Shown here piece after piece: positions 24,702-36,200 of a stretch of DNA of 64,000 bases. This stretch comes from Vitrella brassicaformis CCMP3155 (Eukaryota > Protista > Chromerida). The stretch spans positions 62,001 through 126,000 of the forward strand of contig CDMY01000228.1 in the NCBI GenBank assembly GCA_001179505.1, given 5' to 3'. Under the pieces are notes generated by a model. That model ran no database searches. It was not told the DNA's origin and saw only the letters and a program-made list of their open reading frames with translations. How positions within the stretch are numbered: position 1 is the first letter of the stretch; the number at the start of each line of letters is the position of its first letter. Made by a program: the position numbers and the translations under genes.

Positions 24702-26258
24702 TCAGGTCATCCTGTCCCTCACCGCCCTCGTCAGCCCCATGCTCTTCTTGGCCCACCCAGCCCCGCGCTGTTTGTCCTGCTGCTGGGCGGCAGCCGCGTT
24801 GTTGTCGCTCCTGGTTGGGATGTGTGAGGGGGTGCTGGGTGTCTGTCGCTCTCCCTTGGTCAGCGTGTCTTGCATCGACATCATGCACACGAAGGCCGCC
24901 GTACAGGTGATGTCGTCTTCCTTCCCCCCCTTCCAGGCCCCCGCATGCTGCAGCTCGAATGGCGTCGTCTCGTCGGTCTTGCTCCTTCGAAAGGCCGCGT
25001 CCACAATGCTGCGTGCGATGCCGTTTGCTAGGCGGGGAGGGGCGGGGAACGGCAGCTCTGAAGCGAGCACCTAACCAACCTCATTGGCTCAATCAGCCTC
25101 GTCGAATATAACATGTAAGCAGCGATAATGCATTCGTCTGAAAGGCACGCGTTGCCCAACGTGGAAGGGGCGGATGCCCACACCTTGATATTGACGGGTT
25201 TGACGATCTCCTTCTCGAAGAGGTTGTCTGAAAGGCCGTCTGAGTAGGTGAGGATGAGGTCGTTGGGCTGCACTGGGACACTCGCCACCTGCAGGCCCCG
25301 ACTCTTTTCTAGCTCGGCTGGGTGGGGGTGGAGGGGGAAGTTGCCGTACTCGTCGGGCGGCCATTTCTGCAGCTGATTCGGGCAGTTGGGGCCCGTCTGC
25401 ATTGGTGTCGACGTGTAGATGGGGTGGAAGCCGCAGAATGTTGGGCCGCTGTTGCTGCTGCTGGTGTGTGTGGTAAGTCGGGCGCAGAATGAGGACGCCC
25501 GAGTCGCCAAACAGGGCCGTGTCGGCGTATGGAGCCCACTTATTGACGAGAGGGACCCAATTGAGCGACAGCGCCACGATCGCCAGTGTAGTGGAGCCAG
25601 GCGGTCCATCGTCTGCCGCCCACTCCCACGCATCCAGAGCGATGGCCTCGGCTCTGTTGCGGGCACCGCCATAGTTGGTGGCTGGAGTAAGGGGCTGCTG
25701 GCAGGTCATCATGTCGCCGATGGTTGCGATGCAATTCGCCATGCGCTGGGCCGAGATTCCGTACTTGATGAAGCCCCCCACCCCATCCATTGTCCCAATG
25801 GCTCCTCCTCCGGCGTTGACGAAATGGGCGGCCTCCTTGTCGCTGGTTCGCTTCTCGTCCTGGGGCATGGTGAATGCTCCCCCACGAAGAAACGACCGCG
25901 ACGTCCAGCTGCAGCTGGATGTAGCACTGGCGGCCGACAGGTCACTATCCGCTCGATGGAGGGGCGGGAAGTACGTTGCATTGGCGGCAGATGAGAGCGG
26001 CGAGAAGTATGGGATGTCAACTCGCGCCGATGCTGACGTGCAGGGAATGTCGAGGGCTCCACTGATAGACCACTTGTGGCGACAAGACTCTACCTCATTA
26101 CTTGGCGTGAGCAAGGCCTTCCGAGCTTGGGGAGCAGCAGAACTCTCCGAGGGCCTCGCCGTTTCGCGTTCTTTTTTCTTCCTCTCAATTTGTGTCTGCA
26201 ATTTGTGTCTGCAATTCTCGCCAGCGCGTCCGGGTCTTTTGGTTGCTGTCCACCGCAA
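24702..26258 (-). CDS. PPTC7: PP2C-family phosphatase, PTC7/PPTC7 type, with an apparent frameshift at ~25460-25480
   Basis: LRGGAFTMP..EK...EAAHF, DGVGGF, GSTTLAIV, FGDSGVLILRP in one frame; PNCPNQL, DLILTYSDGLSDNLFEKEI in another; then /TPFELQH...GGKEDDITCTAAFV. The start codon is uncertain. Confidence 0.8.
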
Positions 26259-26553
26259 AGATGTGTCGCCCTTTGCCTCCGCCTTTTTCGTGGAGAGTAG
26301 CTGCCTGAACCGGAGAGCTCCGTCGTCTTCTCAGTCCGAGGTAGTATCTCAACGTCTGAAGTCGGCAGAGCTTGAGTTCGTAGAACGTGACGAAAACGGT
26401 GAGGAGGAAGATGATGATAACGCGATGCGACGAAGTCGATGAGCGAGAAAGCTCGCCTTACCGTCTCAAAATTCTCGCCAACCTGTAAATATGCGAACCC
26501 GAACCCGCCGTTGGCGAGGTTTTTAGATCTGCTTGTTCAAGCAGACGCGGAAT

Positions 26554-29183
26554 ATGGCCGGCAGTCTGAGCGAATGGGGAGCGTCCCTGGCCACATCGCC
26601 ACCGGACGTCTGCGGCGGTCAGTCGCCGGACGAGCTGCTTGGCATACCGCCCAACCCGCCTCCCATCCCGCAACCAAATCCACCGGCATCAGCAGCTGCA
26701 GAAGCGCCAGATGACGACCCACTTGAGGATGAAGATGAGGAGCTCTCCTTGGGATTTGGCCTTCTGCAGAGGCTGCCAAGGGTCAACTTCCAGCGCTCTT
26801 CGCCCATCGAGGAGTCGCCGCCGCGCAGACAGGCCTCAGCTGCGAATGGTGTTGTGAGAGATGGGGAGAGAGAGGTGGAAGGAGAGGGGATGGACGAGCA
26901 GGGGAGGAGCCTGGGGTGGGGCGACGTCATCATGCCGGGAGAGGACGATTTCCCGGATGATGAGCGGGGGAACACGATGGTACGCACGGCCATGCGCCCG
27001 AGAAAGAAGGGCATTTAGTGTGTGTGTGTGTGTTGCTGGTGTTGTGCAGACTGATACGTACATTCAGCGCTATGTGCCGAGCCAGGCATTCAATGGTCAG
27101 CCATCCATTCACCGCAAAAGGGCACACATCCATCCATCCGTCCCGGATCTCATGTGCCCTTCTGTGTGTCAGATGGGCCGCTGGTCGTTGCGAAGGAGCC
27201 CGCCGCTCCTCTCGAGGCCTTCGACTCGCCTGCTGCCCAAAATGACGGCAATGAAATCACCAACTCGATGATCATGGTAGCGCGCAGCAAGACTGCTTCA
27301 ACGAGCAAATGTAATGGCCGTATCCCCACGTTCAGACGTCGCAGTACATAGCACAGCATCAGCCCACCCAGGGCTTCGATGACATCCAGCCGCGCGAGAA
27401 GCCTGCTGACAGCGAGTTGATGCCGCCCCCGCCCCCTCTTTTCCCCTCGTCAATGCCCGAATCACAAAAACAGGAGGAGCCTTCGGCTGGCAACATCTTG
27501 GTACGAGAGCTGCATGCTGGCCTTCTCTATGCATGTCTGTGTGTGTGCGTGTGTGTGTGTGTGTGGTGTCGTTCAGACCACTCAGGCAATAGCGCAATAT
27601 CAGCCAAGTCCAGCATACAACGATGTCGACATGGCCCCACCCCAGCACCTCTCCTCCCAGCCACCCGCGGCTCACTCTGCCATCGGGCATCATGACGACC
27701 AGGAGCCCCCTGATGAGGGACCTTCAGCCAGCAATCTGCTGGTGAGGATGAGAGCATGCTAGTCTTCTCATGTATACATGCCCCTGCCTGTCTCTCTTGT
27801 GTGTGGTTTCATTCAGACCACTCTGGCAGTAGCCAACTACCAACCGAGCCCAGCATATAACGATGTCGACATAGTGCCTCCACTCATCTACCCCCACCAG
27901 GTCCCACCCCCACCGCCTCCTCCTCCTCCCCAGCAGCTCTCTCCCCAGCCACCCGCAGCCCACTCTGCCATCAGAAATCACGACGACCAGGAGCCCTCTG
28001 ATGCGGAGCACGGGGAGCCCTCAGCCAGCAATCTGCTGGTAAAGACGAGAGCTGCATGCTGGCCTTCTCGTGTACGTATAAGTCCTGCCTCTGTGTGTGT
28101 GTGGTGTCATTCAGACGACTATTGCAATAGCAAACTACCAGCCGAGTCCGACATACAACGATGTCGACATACCCCTCCCTCCCTCACCCCGGCAGCTCTC
28201 CCCCCAGCCACCCGCAGCCCATTCTGATCACATCAAAGACGAGCAGAGTGATCGTCACGACAACAACCATGAGGCCCCTCACGCACATGAGCAGCCGTCG
28301 GCCGATGTGCCGTTGAGGGAGAGGCCACGGCGCCTGAAGCGCAAGCAGCTCGGGAACGTCGAGAGCGCCCAGGCTGCAGCGGCGGCCTCGGGTGAGGGAG
28401 AAGGGGAGAGGGCTGCTGTGGGCATCCAGGGGATGAGCCCCCAGGTGGGCCCTGAGGCGTCACCATCGCCCGTCGACCACAAGAAGGCCGAGGGAGATAG
28501 TCAGCACGGCGACAGTGAGGAGGTCCTCGACCTGGGCAATGAGCCACCGGCTGAACGGCAGCCACACAGCAGCGTGAGGCCACGTCGAGTGGTTCTGTCG
28601 AAACGGTCGAGAGATGCCGCTGGGAGTGCCGATGACGCGCAGAGGGATGAAGGGGGAGGGGGAGAGGAGAGGGCGGCTTCGGCTGCGGCGGCTGCTGCTG
28701 CTGGTGGTGGGGGTGATGGCGGTGCGGGTGGGGGGTGGGGCAGTGACCACACGTCTGTTGCAGACGATAGCCAGCAGAGTGAAGAGATGCTAGCCTATGA
28801 TATAGGAGGAGCGGGGAGGGACCCCCCGGGGCATGACTCGTCGAGGCCGCTCGCTGAAGCGGCCAGGAAGGGCGGAGGCAAAACCAAGCCCATCACGCCC
28901 AAGCCTCTCGCCACATCCAGCAGTGCAGGTACGCACACATCGATGTGTCTTCCTCTCTGTGTATCTTCGTCTCTGTGTGTCTGTGTGTGTGTGTGTCTCA
29001 GGTGGTGCTCACAGCAGCAGCCAAGGGTGGCTGACGAAGAAGCGTGCTAAGGTGACGCCCAAGGTGGCGCCGCTGTCGCTGGGCCCTTCCCGCAGCCCGC
29101 GCAACAAGCAGTCGACGCTCGATGGGTTCGTGGTGCGGATCGACAAGAACAAGACAGAAGAGGACGGGCAGCAGGGGAGATGA
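26554..29183 (+). CDS. Disordered Pro/acidic multi-exon protein with repeated exons and a C-terminal PIP-box-like motif
   Basis: GT-AG exon chain; repeated exon T.AIA.YQPSP.YNDVD; basic patches (RPRRLKRK, TKKRAK); last exon RNKQSTLDGFVVRIDK. Confidence 0.6.
27560..28235 (+). repeat. Three tandem exon+intron duplications (plus a degenerate fourth unit at ~27360-27545)
   Basis: Exon starts at ~27577, ~27817 and ~28113 (TTCAGAC.ACT...CA.CC.AG.CC..CATA.AACGATGTCGACAT); shared intron starts CTGGT.A.G.CGAGAG(C)..CATGCT(G/A)G.CTTCTC. Confidence 0.85.
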
Positions 29184-29546
29184 CAGGGGGGGAGCCCGGT
29201 CTTTCAAGACGTGTGCGTATCATGTGTGTGTGTGTGTGTGTGTGTTGCGACTGTATGAGTGAAGTGAGATAGTGCGAATGCATCGTGGCAGTTATGCACT
29301 TGATGGCGACAGTTGAGTGAGTCCCATCACCGCCCACACTCAAACAAGCATCCTTTGTCCATCTTTTTTTATGTACATGTAACTATGTTCTACACACTCA
29401 CTATTGACACATGGCATGCACCACACGCACAAGCCCGCCAGCCAGCCGCTCTCCTGTACACTGACTACTCCAACCGCACTGACTGACAGCGAGACAGACC
29501 TAACCGCTGCACAAACAGACAACCTGCTTCCACACCTCTCTCTCTC

Positions 29547-32500
29547 TCATGAGGCCGTGAGGTCTATTCTGAAGCAGCCGTGCCAGTAGTAGACGTGCCG
29601 CACACCGCCAATCACCTCGGCAGCCGTCTCACCGAAGTAGCTGATCCACCAACACACACACACACTCACACACATTAACACACGTGCTGAAGGATGTGTG
29701 TGGGCGCCTACCTTCTGGATGCGACAAGGGCTACTGCGGCGGCCAGCAGCTGCTGGTTGACGAACGCATCCACGGCGCCCAACGCGGCTGTCTGCAGGCT
29801 GGACCGGTCGATGTGCACCAGCTGGCCGGAGCCCTCATGCACCACCAGCTTGCCAGACGTGCGCAAACCAGACACCTGCACGCAATGCGCCACACACAGC
29901 ACAGAACGGGTGTGAATGTGTCGCGGCTGTATGTATGAGGCACTGACCTCTGTGACGTTGAGGACGCTCCACGTGTCTGCGCTGAGGAACCACTGCGTGT
30001 CGGCGGGCAGCCCCAGGTCGCTCTCTATGTGGGCGGCACAGCGCAGGAATGCCCCTATCTGATCCAGTCGATGCCTGCACCACACACACACACACACACA
30101 CAGACATGTATCTCTCCCTCTCTCTCCGTTTCTCTCCCTGACTCGCTCACCGTGGTGGGTCTTTCCACTGCTCGGGGCTCTGGTCGCCGGCGCGGAAGTG
30201 AAGCCCGATGTATGGCCTCTCGGGATTGGCGAATGTGCGCGATCTCGCCCGTGCGACTTGCTCCAGCAGGAATGGTGATGGGCGGAAGAGGTAGTGGAAG
30301 ACATGATGGGCCAGATGGGGCAGAGAGAGCAGCCCTAGCGCGGCCGCACGGGACCTAGGGGGATGCATAGCATGGATATCACCACACACATCACATCCAG
30401 GTCCCCTGACCGCATGCGTCGAATGCACCTGAGTGTTGGGTGTGTGAGGACTGCATGGGCCCGCCTCATGTTGGTCATGACGATCGCCGTCGGGGCCTCC
30501 TCCCCCACCAGATGGTGCAGGTCGTCCAGCAGCGTGTGCACGTCGTCAATGCCGTTATGCCTCGAAGGGTCCGCCCACACCGCCCCCCCGGCCACTCGCC
30601 AATCCACCCGATTCGGCACCCACAACCGCGACCACATAATCGGCGTCCGGTGGTGCAGAAAGAACAGCCGCCCGGACAGAACGGCCAGCAGGAAGGTCTG
30701 GATGATGCCGTTCAGACGGTCCCCGTTGCCGCCGCACTGAGCGACCGACGTGCACGTGTAAACGAGGGCCTTTGTGTGGGCCTCCCCGGCCGGCCACTTG
30801 TATGCGCCGTCGCCCTCTGCGGTCCTCCCAGCGGCCCTCACAGTGCCGACAAAGCGGGAATGGCGTGCGGCATAGTCGGCTAAGAGGACGTCCAGGGGGT
30901 TGGTGCACATGTCGTCTGACAGAGGGTGGAGAGGGGTGGAGCCGACGGCGCATGGGGCGTACTGGGTGAGCCGGCGTGCGTGGGCGGTGTGGGGGATGGC
31001 CTGCATCAGGGGGGCTGAGAAGAGGTGGGCTGGGGGAGTGGGGGTGTTGTTGACGAGGGCGTGGAGGTCGATTGAGACGGCTTGCTGCAGAGAGACAGAA
31101 GAGGTGCATCCACCACTCCCTGTGTGTGTGCGTGCGTGTGTGTGTGTGTGTGTGCTTACGGCTGTATTGGCTGCGTAGAGGCTGCCTATCTGGGCCCAAT
31201 CGATTTGGCTGTGATGGTGTCGCCGCCACACACACGTCACCGTAGAATCTATCACACACACAGATAGACACACATGAGTGTCAGGCCAACCAACACACCA
31301 CACGTCCATCCTCTAACTTGTGTGTGGTGTGTTCCACTGCCACGTCGCGTTGGCTATGTGCCCCATGTGTGTCGCCGTCAGAGTGCGCCACAGCCGCTTC
31401 TTTGGGATGGAGTCCTCCACAAAGATGAAGTGCACACCGCCCTGACACCCACATACACACAGACACGCGCACACTGGATGTGTTGATCTCATCTATGGGT
31501 CTCACCTGATTGGCTTTGAGCAGAGCGACTACGTCGCCAAGCGCCCGGTCCACCACCCAACGAGGCACACGGTTCGACAAACCTATACACCCCCAACACA
31601 CAAGACAGACACACCTTTCTCGTTTGGCTCACTCCCTGCTCACGCTGCCCATTTCCATGTACACCTACCGATGATGACGGCAGTGTCATATTGGCGGGTC
31701 TCCCTCATCGATGGCAGCAGCAATGGCGGCAGCCACGCCGCTCGGGGGACGGCACCCGAGGTGTCATTATCGTTGTGCTTCGCCCACATGAGGTGGGTGA
31801 AGGCGCTGCCCACATCGGCCGTGTAGCACCACACTGCACACACAAAGACAGACAGACACACGCATCTCTCTCTCTCTCTCCGTGTGTGTGCTGGATGACT
31901 TACACATGAGTAGTATTTCCTCAGTGATGGCGAGTGCGCCGCCGAATATGCTGCCAGCGACCCGCCCCACCCACAGCCGCCAGGATATGACGCCCCGGTA
32001 CGACTCAAGCTGCTTTAACGTGCCCTGCTCGTCCCTCGTGCTGCTGCTGAAATTGCTATTGGTGTTGTCCATGCGGAAATCATCATGTTCTTCTTCTATC
32101 GTTGGTGATGTGTCTGGTGGTGGTGGGGAAAGGTCTCTGTATGGGCGGAACGGCAGGGCGGTCTTGAAGGCCACATCGTCCTCGAGAAAACTACGCAGCT
32201 GCACACCTAAAATATGAGCATGCACACACATCGATGTCGAGGGTGCATACCATGCGTGTGGTCGGTGGGGACCTACCTGCGGTGATTTCTTGCAGATAGG
32301 CGACGGGCAGGCAGTCATCCGTCCCGTTGCTCCTGGCAGCCCTCAACAGCTCCGCCGTCTCGGCGTACACAGCCGTGTATGTGCCATACAGCTGCTGGTA
32401 GGCGTCCAGCACCGCCAGATGGAACACTCCACTCCGGTACTCAAAACTCCTCTCGTCCAAACATCCACCCTCAGCCTCCCTCTCTATGCACTGTCCCTCT

Positions 32501-33051
32501 CCCTCTGTCGCATTTGTCGCATTAGCAGTCGCATTGACCGACACCACACGTGGCAAAAAGCACTGCCGACACAGCATCTCGTCGGCCGCCTGCGCCATGA
32601 AGCCCGTCGCCCGGTCGATGACCGGCAAAGCCTTGCGGATGGCCGCCAGCCGGCTGTTGAAGAGCTCCTTGACGGCATCGAGGCACGCGGCACGAATATT
32701 GCTGTTGGTGTCGAGGGATGGGTGGAAGTTGGTGAGGACGCTGTGGATGGGGCTGCCGTAGACAGTCTTCATCGACTCAACCTGGTCGATCATCGTCCGT
32801 TGCAGCACCGCCGTCTCGGCGTCACAGCACGAGTGGGACGAATCATGCCGGCTCCAGTCGCAGCGAAGGTGATCTTTTGCCTCGGATGCGCCGCCGTTCG
32901 GCAGTAGAGTGGCCGGTGAGCACAGCTGGGAGGATGGTAGCAGTGGTCCGACGGGCAGCTGATGGGCAGCATGGGCTGATGGCGTGGCGATGAGGGAGAG
33001 AAAGGCGATACGTATCCCTATCGAAAGCAGCAGCTGGGCGGCGTGGGTCAT
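29547..33051 (-). CDS. Secreted multidomain protein: signal peptide, Cys-rich helical domain, MTase-like segment, GDP-fucose-type (GT-B; FUT8/GT37-like) glycosyltransferase
   Basis: N-terminus MTHAAQLLLSIGIRIAFLSLIATPSAHA; C..CDW...SCCDAE...C...C..C; QYDTAVIIG/LSNRVPRWVVDRALGDVVALLKANQ/GGVHFIFVED; GT motifs CGGNGDRLNGIIQTFLLAVLSGRLF, PYIGLHFRAGD, WFLSADT, HIDRS, SYFGETAAEVIGG. The halves join only if the GTTAG at ~31318 is a donor; otherwise these are two genes. Confidence 0.6.
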
Positions 33052-33203
33052 GGATCAGACGTGAGAGATCCCGCTTGGACTTTGTGGGAGAGGCCGTCTG
33101 CTGCACGGGACGGGCCGAAAAGAGCAGAGATCTCCTCTGGGGAAGAGGCGAGCTCAGATCGCCAAGTTGCTGTGATGGCGTCTTGAGGCGAAGGGACGAG
33201 GTC
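33052..33203. promoter_or_regulatory. Putative 152-bp bidirectional promoter/5' UTR region (fucosyltransferase-like gene / ankyrin-RING copy B)
   Basis: Between divergent ATGs; shares AGATC.CGCTT, GAGGCCGTCTGCTG, GAGATCTCCTC and GAGCTC blocks with the reverse complement of 18507-18638. Confidence 0.55.
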
Positions 33204-36200
33204 ATGATGATGTTGTTTTTTATCTCCCTCCTCCTTGCAGCAAATGGTCACGCAGGTAACCAACCACACCGACCGCACTGCATTCATTCGTCAACATCCT
33301 TCTGCTTTGCAGGGCGGCCATCGGCCGGTTTGGAGGCTGTCCGGGAGCTGAAGCACGCTGCTCTCTTGGTGTGTGAGGGGCATGGCAGCGCCTGTGCATT
33401 TGTCGTGTGTGATCCTCTGTTTGTCGCCTTCAGGGGGATGTAGTGTTGGCGCAGCGCATCCTTGACCAAGGCGCCGATCCCAATGAGGGCAGGCCCGACA
33501 ACAAGACGTCACTCATGTGGGCGATTGATGGCACTCTGCCGCGGAAGATGGTCGAGGTGCTGCTGCCCTACGTGACCGACCTGGATGTCCGAGATGAAAG
33601 AGGGAGGTCGGCTCTGCACTACGGGGCAACCAGGGGCGACAACGATGTGGTGAGAGCGCTCCTCAATGCGACCGGGAAGGTGCGGGGCGATGCGCGGCTG
33701 CCGGACGTCAATGGACGGGACAGCGGCGGACTCACTCCTTTGTTGGTCGCTGTGAATCACGGCGAATTCGCTGACGTTGTCCAGACTCTCCTGGACCACG
33801 GTAGGAGGGAGAGGGGGGTACCACGGGCAACAAAGTTTTGTTGAGATTCTCTTATTACTTGTGTGTCAGGTGCCGACATAGAGGCGCAAGGCGCCGTTCG
33901 TGAATCACGCGACCTTACCGTCAGCCCACTCATCGAAGCTGCAGCAAAGGGGCGACACTTTCACAATGCACGAGCAACATGGAAGGCAGCTGCCTCGACC
34001 TTTTTGTACGTGCAGGGGCGAGTCAAGAGTGTGGAGATATTGTTGAAGAATGTTGCGGACATACACCGACGCGGCGGACGGCAGATATCAGCGTTGATGG
34101 TAGGGAGCGCTTGCACCTGCGGATCGGGGCTCGGTTGCAACTCGGGCAACAAGGCCCAGATTGTGAAGATATTGCTTGACAAAGGAGCCGACATTCACGC
34201 CCGTAACCACAATGGATGGCAGCCTCTTCATTACGCTGCGATGGGGTAACGAAAGCGCCATCCGATTATGGTCATTCTTCACTGCTGGCTGGCTCTCTTT
34301 GGCTGTGCAGCGGCTGCGATGAGCTAGTGGACATTCTCATAGACGCATCTGCCAATCCCCTGGTTCCCGCGAAGGCTGGCGCGCCTGCTGAAGTGGCTGA
34401 TAACTCCGTAACTTGGACTGCTGTCGATTCTATGCATTATGCCCATGTGCCACTGCTTGTCGGTTGAAATGTGTGCAGGGTCATCCTGCTCTCGCAAAAC
34501 GCTTGAGGGACTATGAAGACCGTAAGTGCAAATAGCCGAGGCAACCACGTCGGTGAGCAAAACGATCATCTTGCATGTGTAGAGAGGATTCGCGCGATGC
34601 TGGATGACACTGACGAGTCCACAAACAGCTCCGTGAGCAGTGTGGACCTCGCCATGGGACTCAAACGTGCTGCTTTCCACGTAAGCCGGGTGTCTCGGGG
34701 AAATGACATAGCCTTGTCAACTCTATACTTGGCATTCTTGTGTTGTCAGGGCAATAGCTTTCTCGTGTCCCTCTTGTTGGATGAGGGAGCGGATCCGAAT
34801 GAGCGTCAGCCCGACAACAGGACAGCCCTCGTGTGGTCCGAGAACGGCACGAGTCCCCTGCAGATGGTGCAGCTGTTGCTGCCTCACATGCGAGCCATCG
34901 ACGACATCGATAGCGAGGGGAGGTCGGCGCTCCACTATGCTGCGATGACGGGTGACGCTGCGGTCGTCAGGGCCCTGCTGGAGGCAGCTAACAGCAGCAG
35001 AAGGGCTCCTGACGTGAATGGCCTCGACATAGCAGGAGAGACTCCGATGTTCGTTGCCGTCTACAATGGCGGCTCGCCAGACGTCGTCGAAGCGCTCATA
35101 GAATTCGGTGAGCGCCAGGATATACGGCGTGTCACCTCCGTCACCTGTCCTTATTCGTCCGATTCAGGTGCACACGTAAACGAAACGAACGAAGGACGGT
35201 TGGTCCCCCTTCATGTGGCTGCAAGCCGAGGACGTGTTGGCGCAGTGGAGGTGTTGCTCCGACACGGGGCGGACCCAAACGCAGTGGGAGGCTGCAACGT
35301 TGCTGCGGAAACACTGCTGTTACTGGCCTGCGGGTGCACGTGCAGCGATGGACATCATATTGAGCTGTACCGCTCCCTCGGTTTCGATCGGTGTGATGAC
35401 CGCCACAGCAGAATGCTTGAGCTGGCCTTATCGTATGGAGCTGATGTCAACGCTGTCGGACTTCTCGGAGTCACTGCACTTCATGTAGCTGCAGCGGGGT
35501 GAGCTACTCTACTCACACACACCTTGTGTGTATCCATGTTTTTCTTTGTGCTGTTGCTTTCGTGCAGGGGATGTTCTGACACAGTTACCAGGCTACTCAA
35601 GGCCCTTGCTGACCCGACAATCGCTGGCCGCTTTGGCGACGAACTGACGGCGGCCGGCAGGGCGTTCAACGAGGTATGCAGGCTGTGCTGTGTGGGCTCT
35701 GTAGCTCACCCCTGCAGAATGGTGCTGCTACATGGCTGCCTGTCTGCAGGGTCACATTTTTCTCGGATGCCACCTCAAATTCCACGAATGTGAGTCGAAC
35801 GAAGAGGAAGTGTTCTTTGCTTGTGGCAGACCATTGTCTTTGGTGCGTTCGTTGTCTGCAGACAAGACTCACCTCATTCGGTTCTTCTCCTCGCCGTGGT
35901 CTGTGGCTCTGGTGCTCTGCTGTGTTGCGGTCCTGCTGCTGGCCAATCGGCGGATGCGTCGCCGTCTGCTCTTCGCCATCAGATGGCTCAAGGAAAAGCC
36001 CATGGATCGGCTGAAGGAATCTGTAGAAGGTAAGAAACGGACAAAGAACGGAAAATATGACAACGGCTGCATGATGATGGGTCTGTCTGTGGTTTTACTG
36101 GCACCACTTCAGCGGGCACACAGCGCCTCAGCAAGCGCGATAAGAACAGACTGAAGAAGAGCCGTACTCGGGATGAGGGGGAAGGCACCCGAATGGAGGC

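Noticed and set aside
25440-25485. Programmed +1 ribosomal frameshift in the PP2C gene
   Set aside because: No known slippery or shift motif in the zero frame; microsatellite slippage or an assembly error is simpler.
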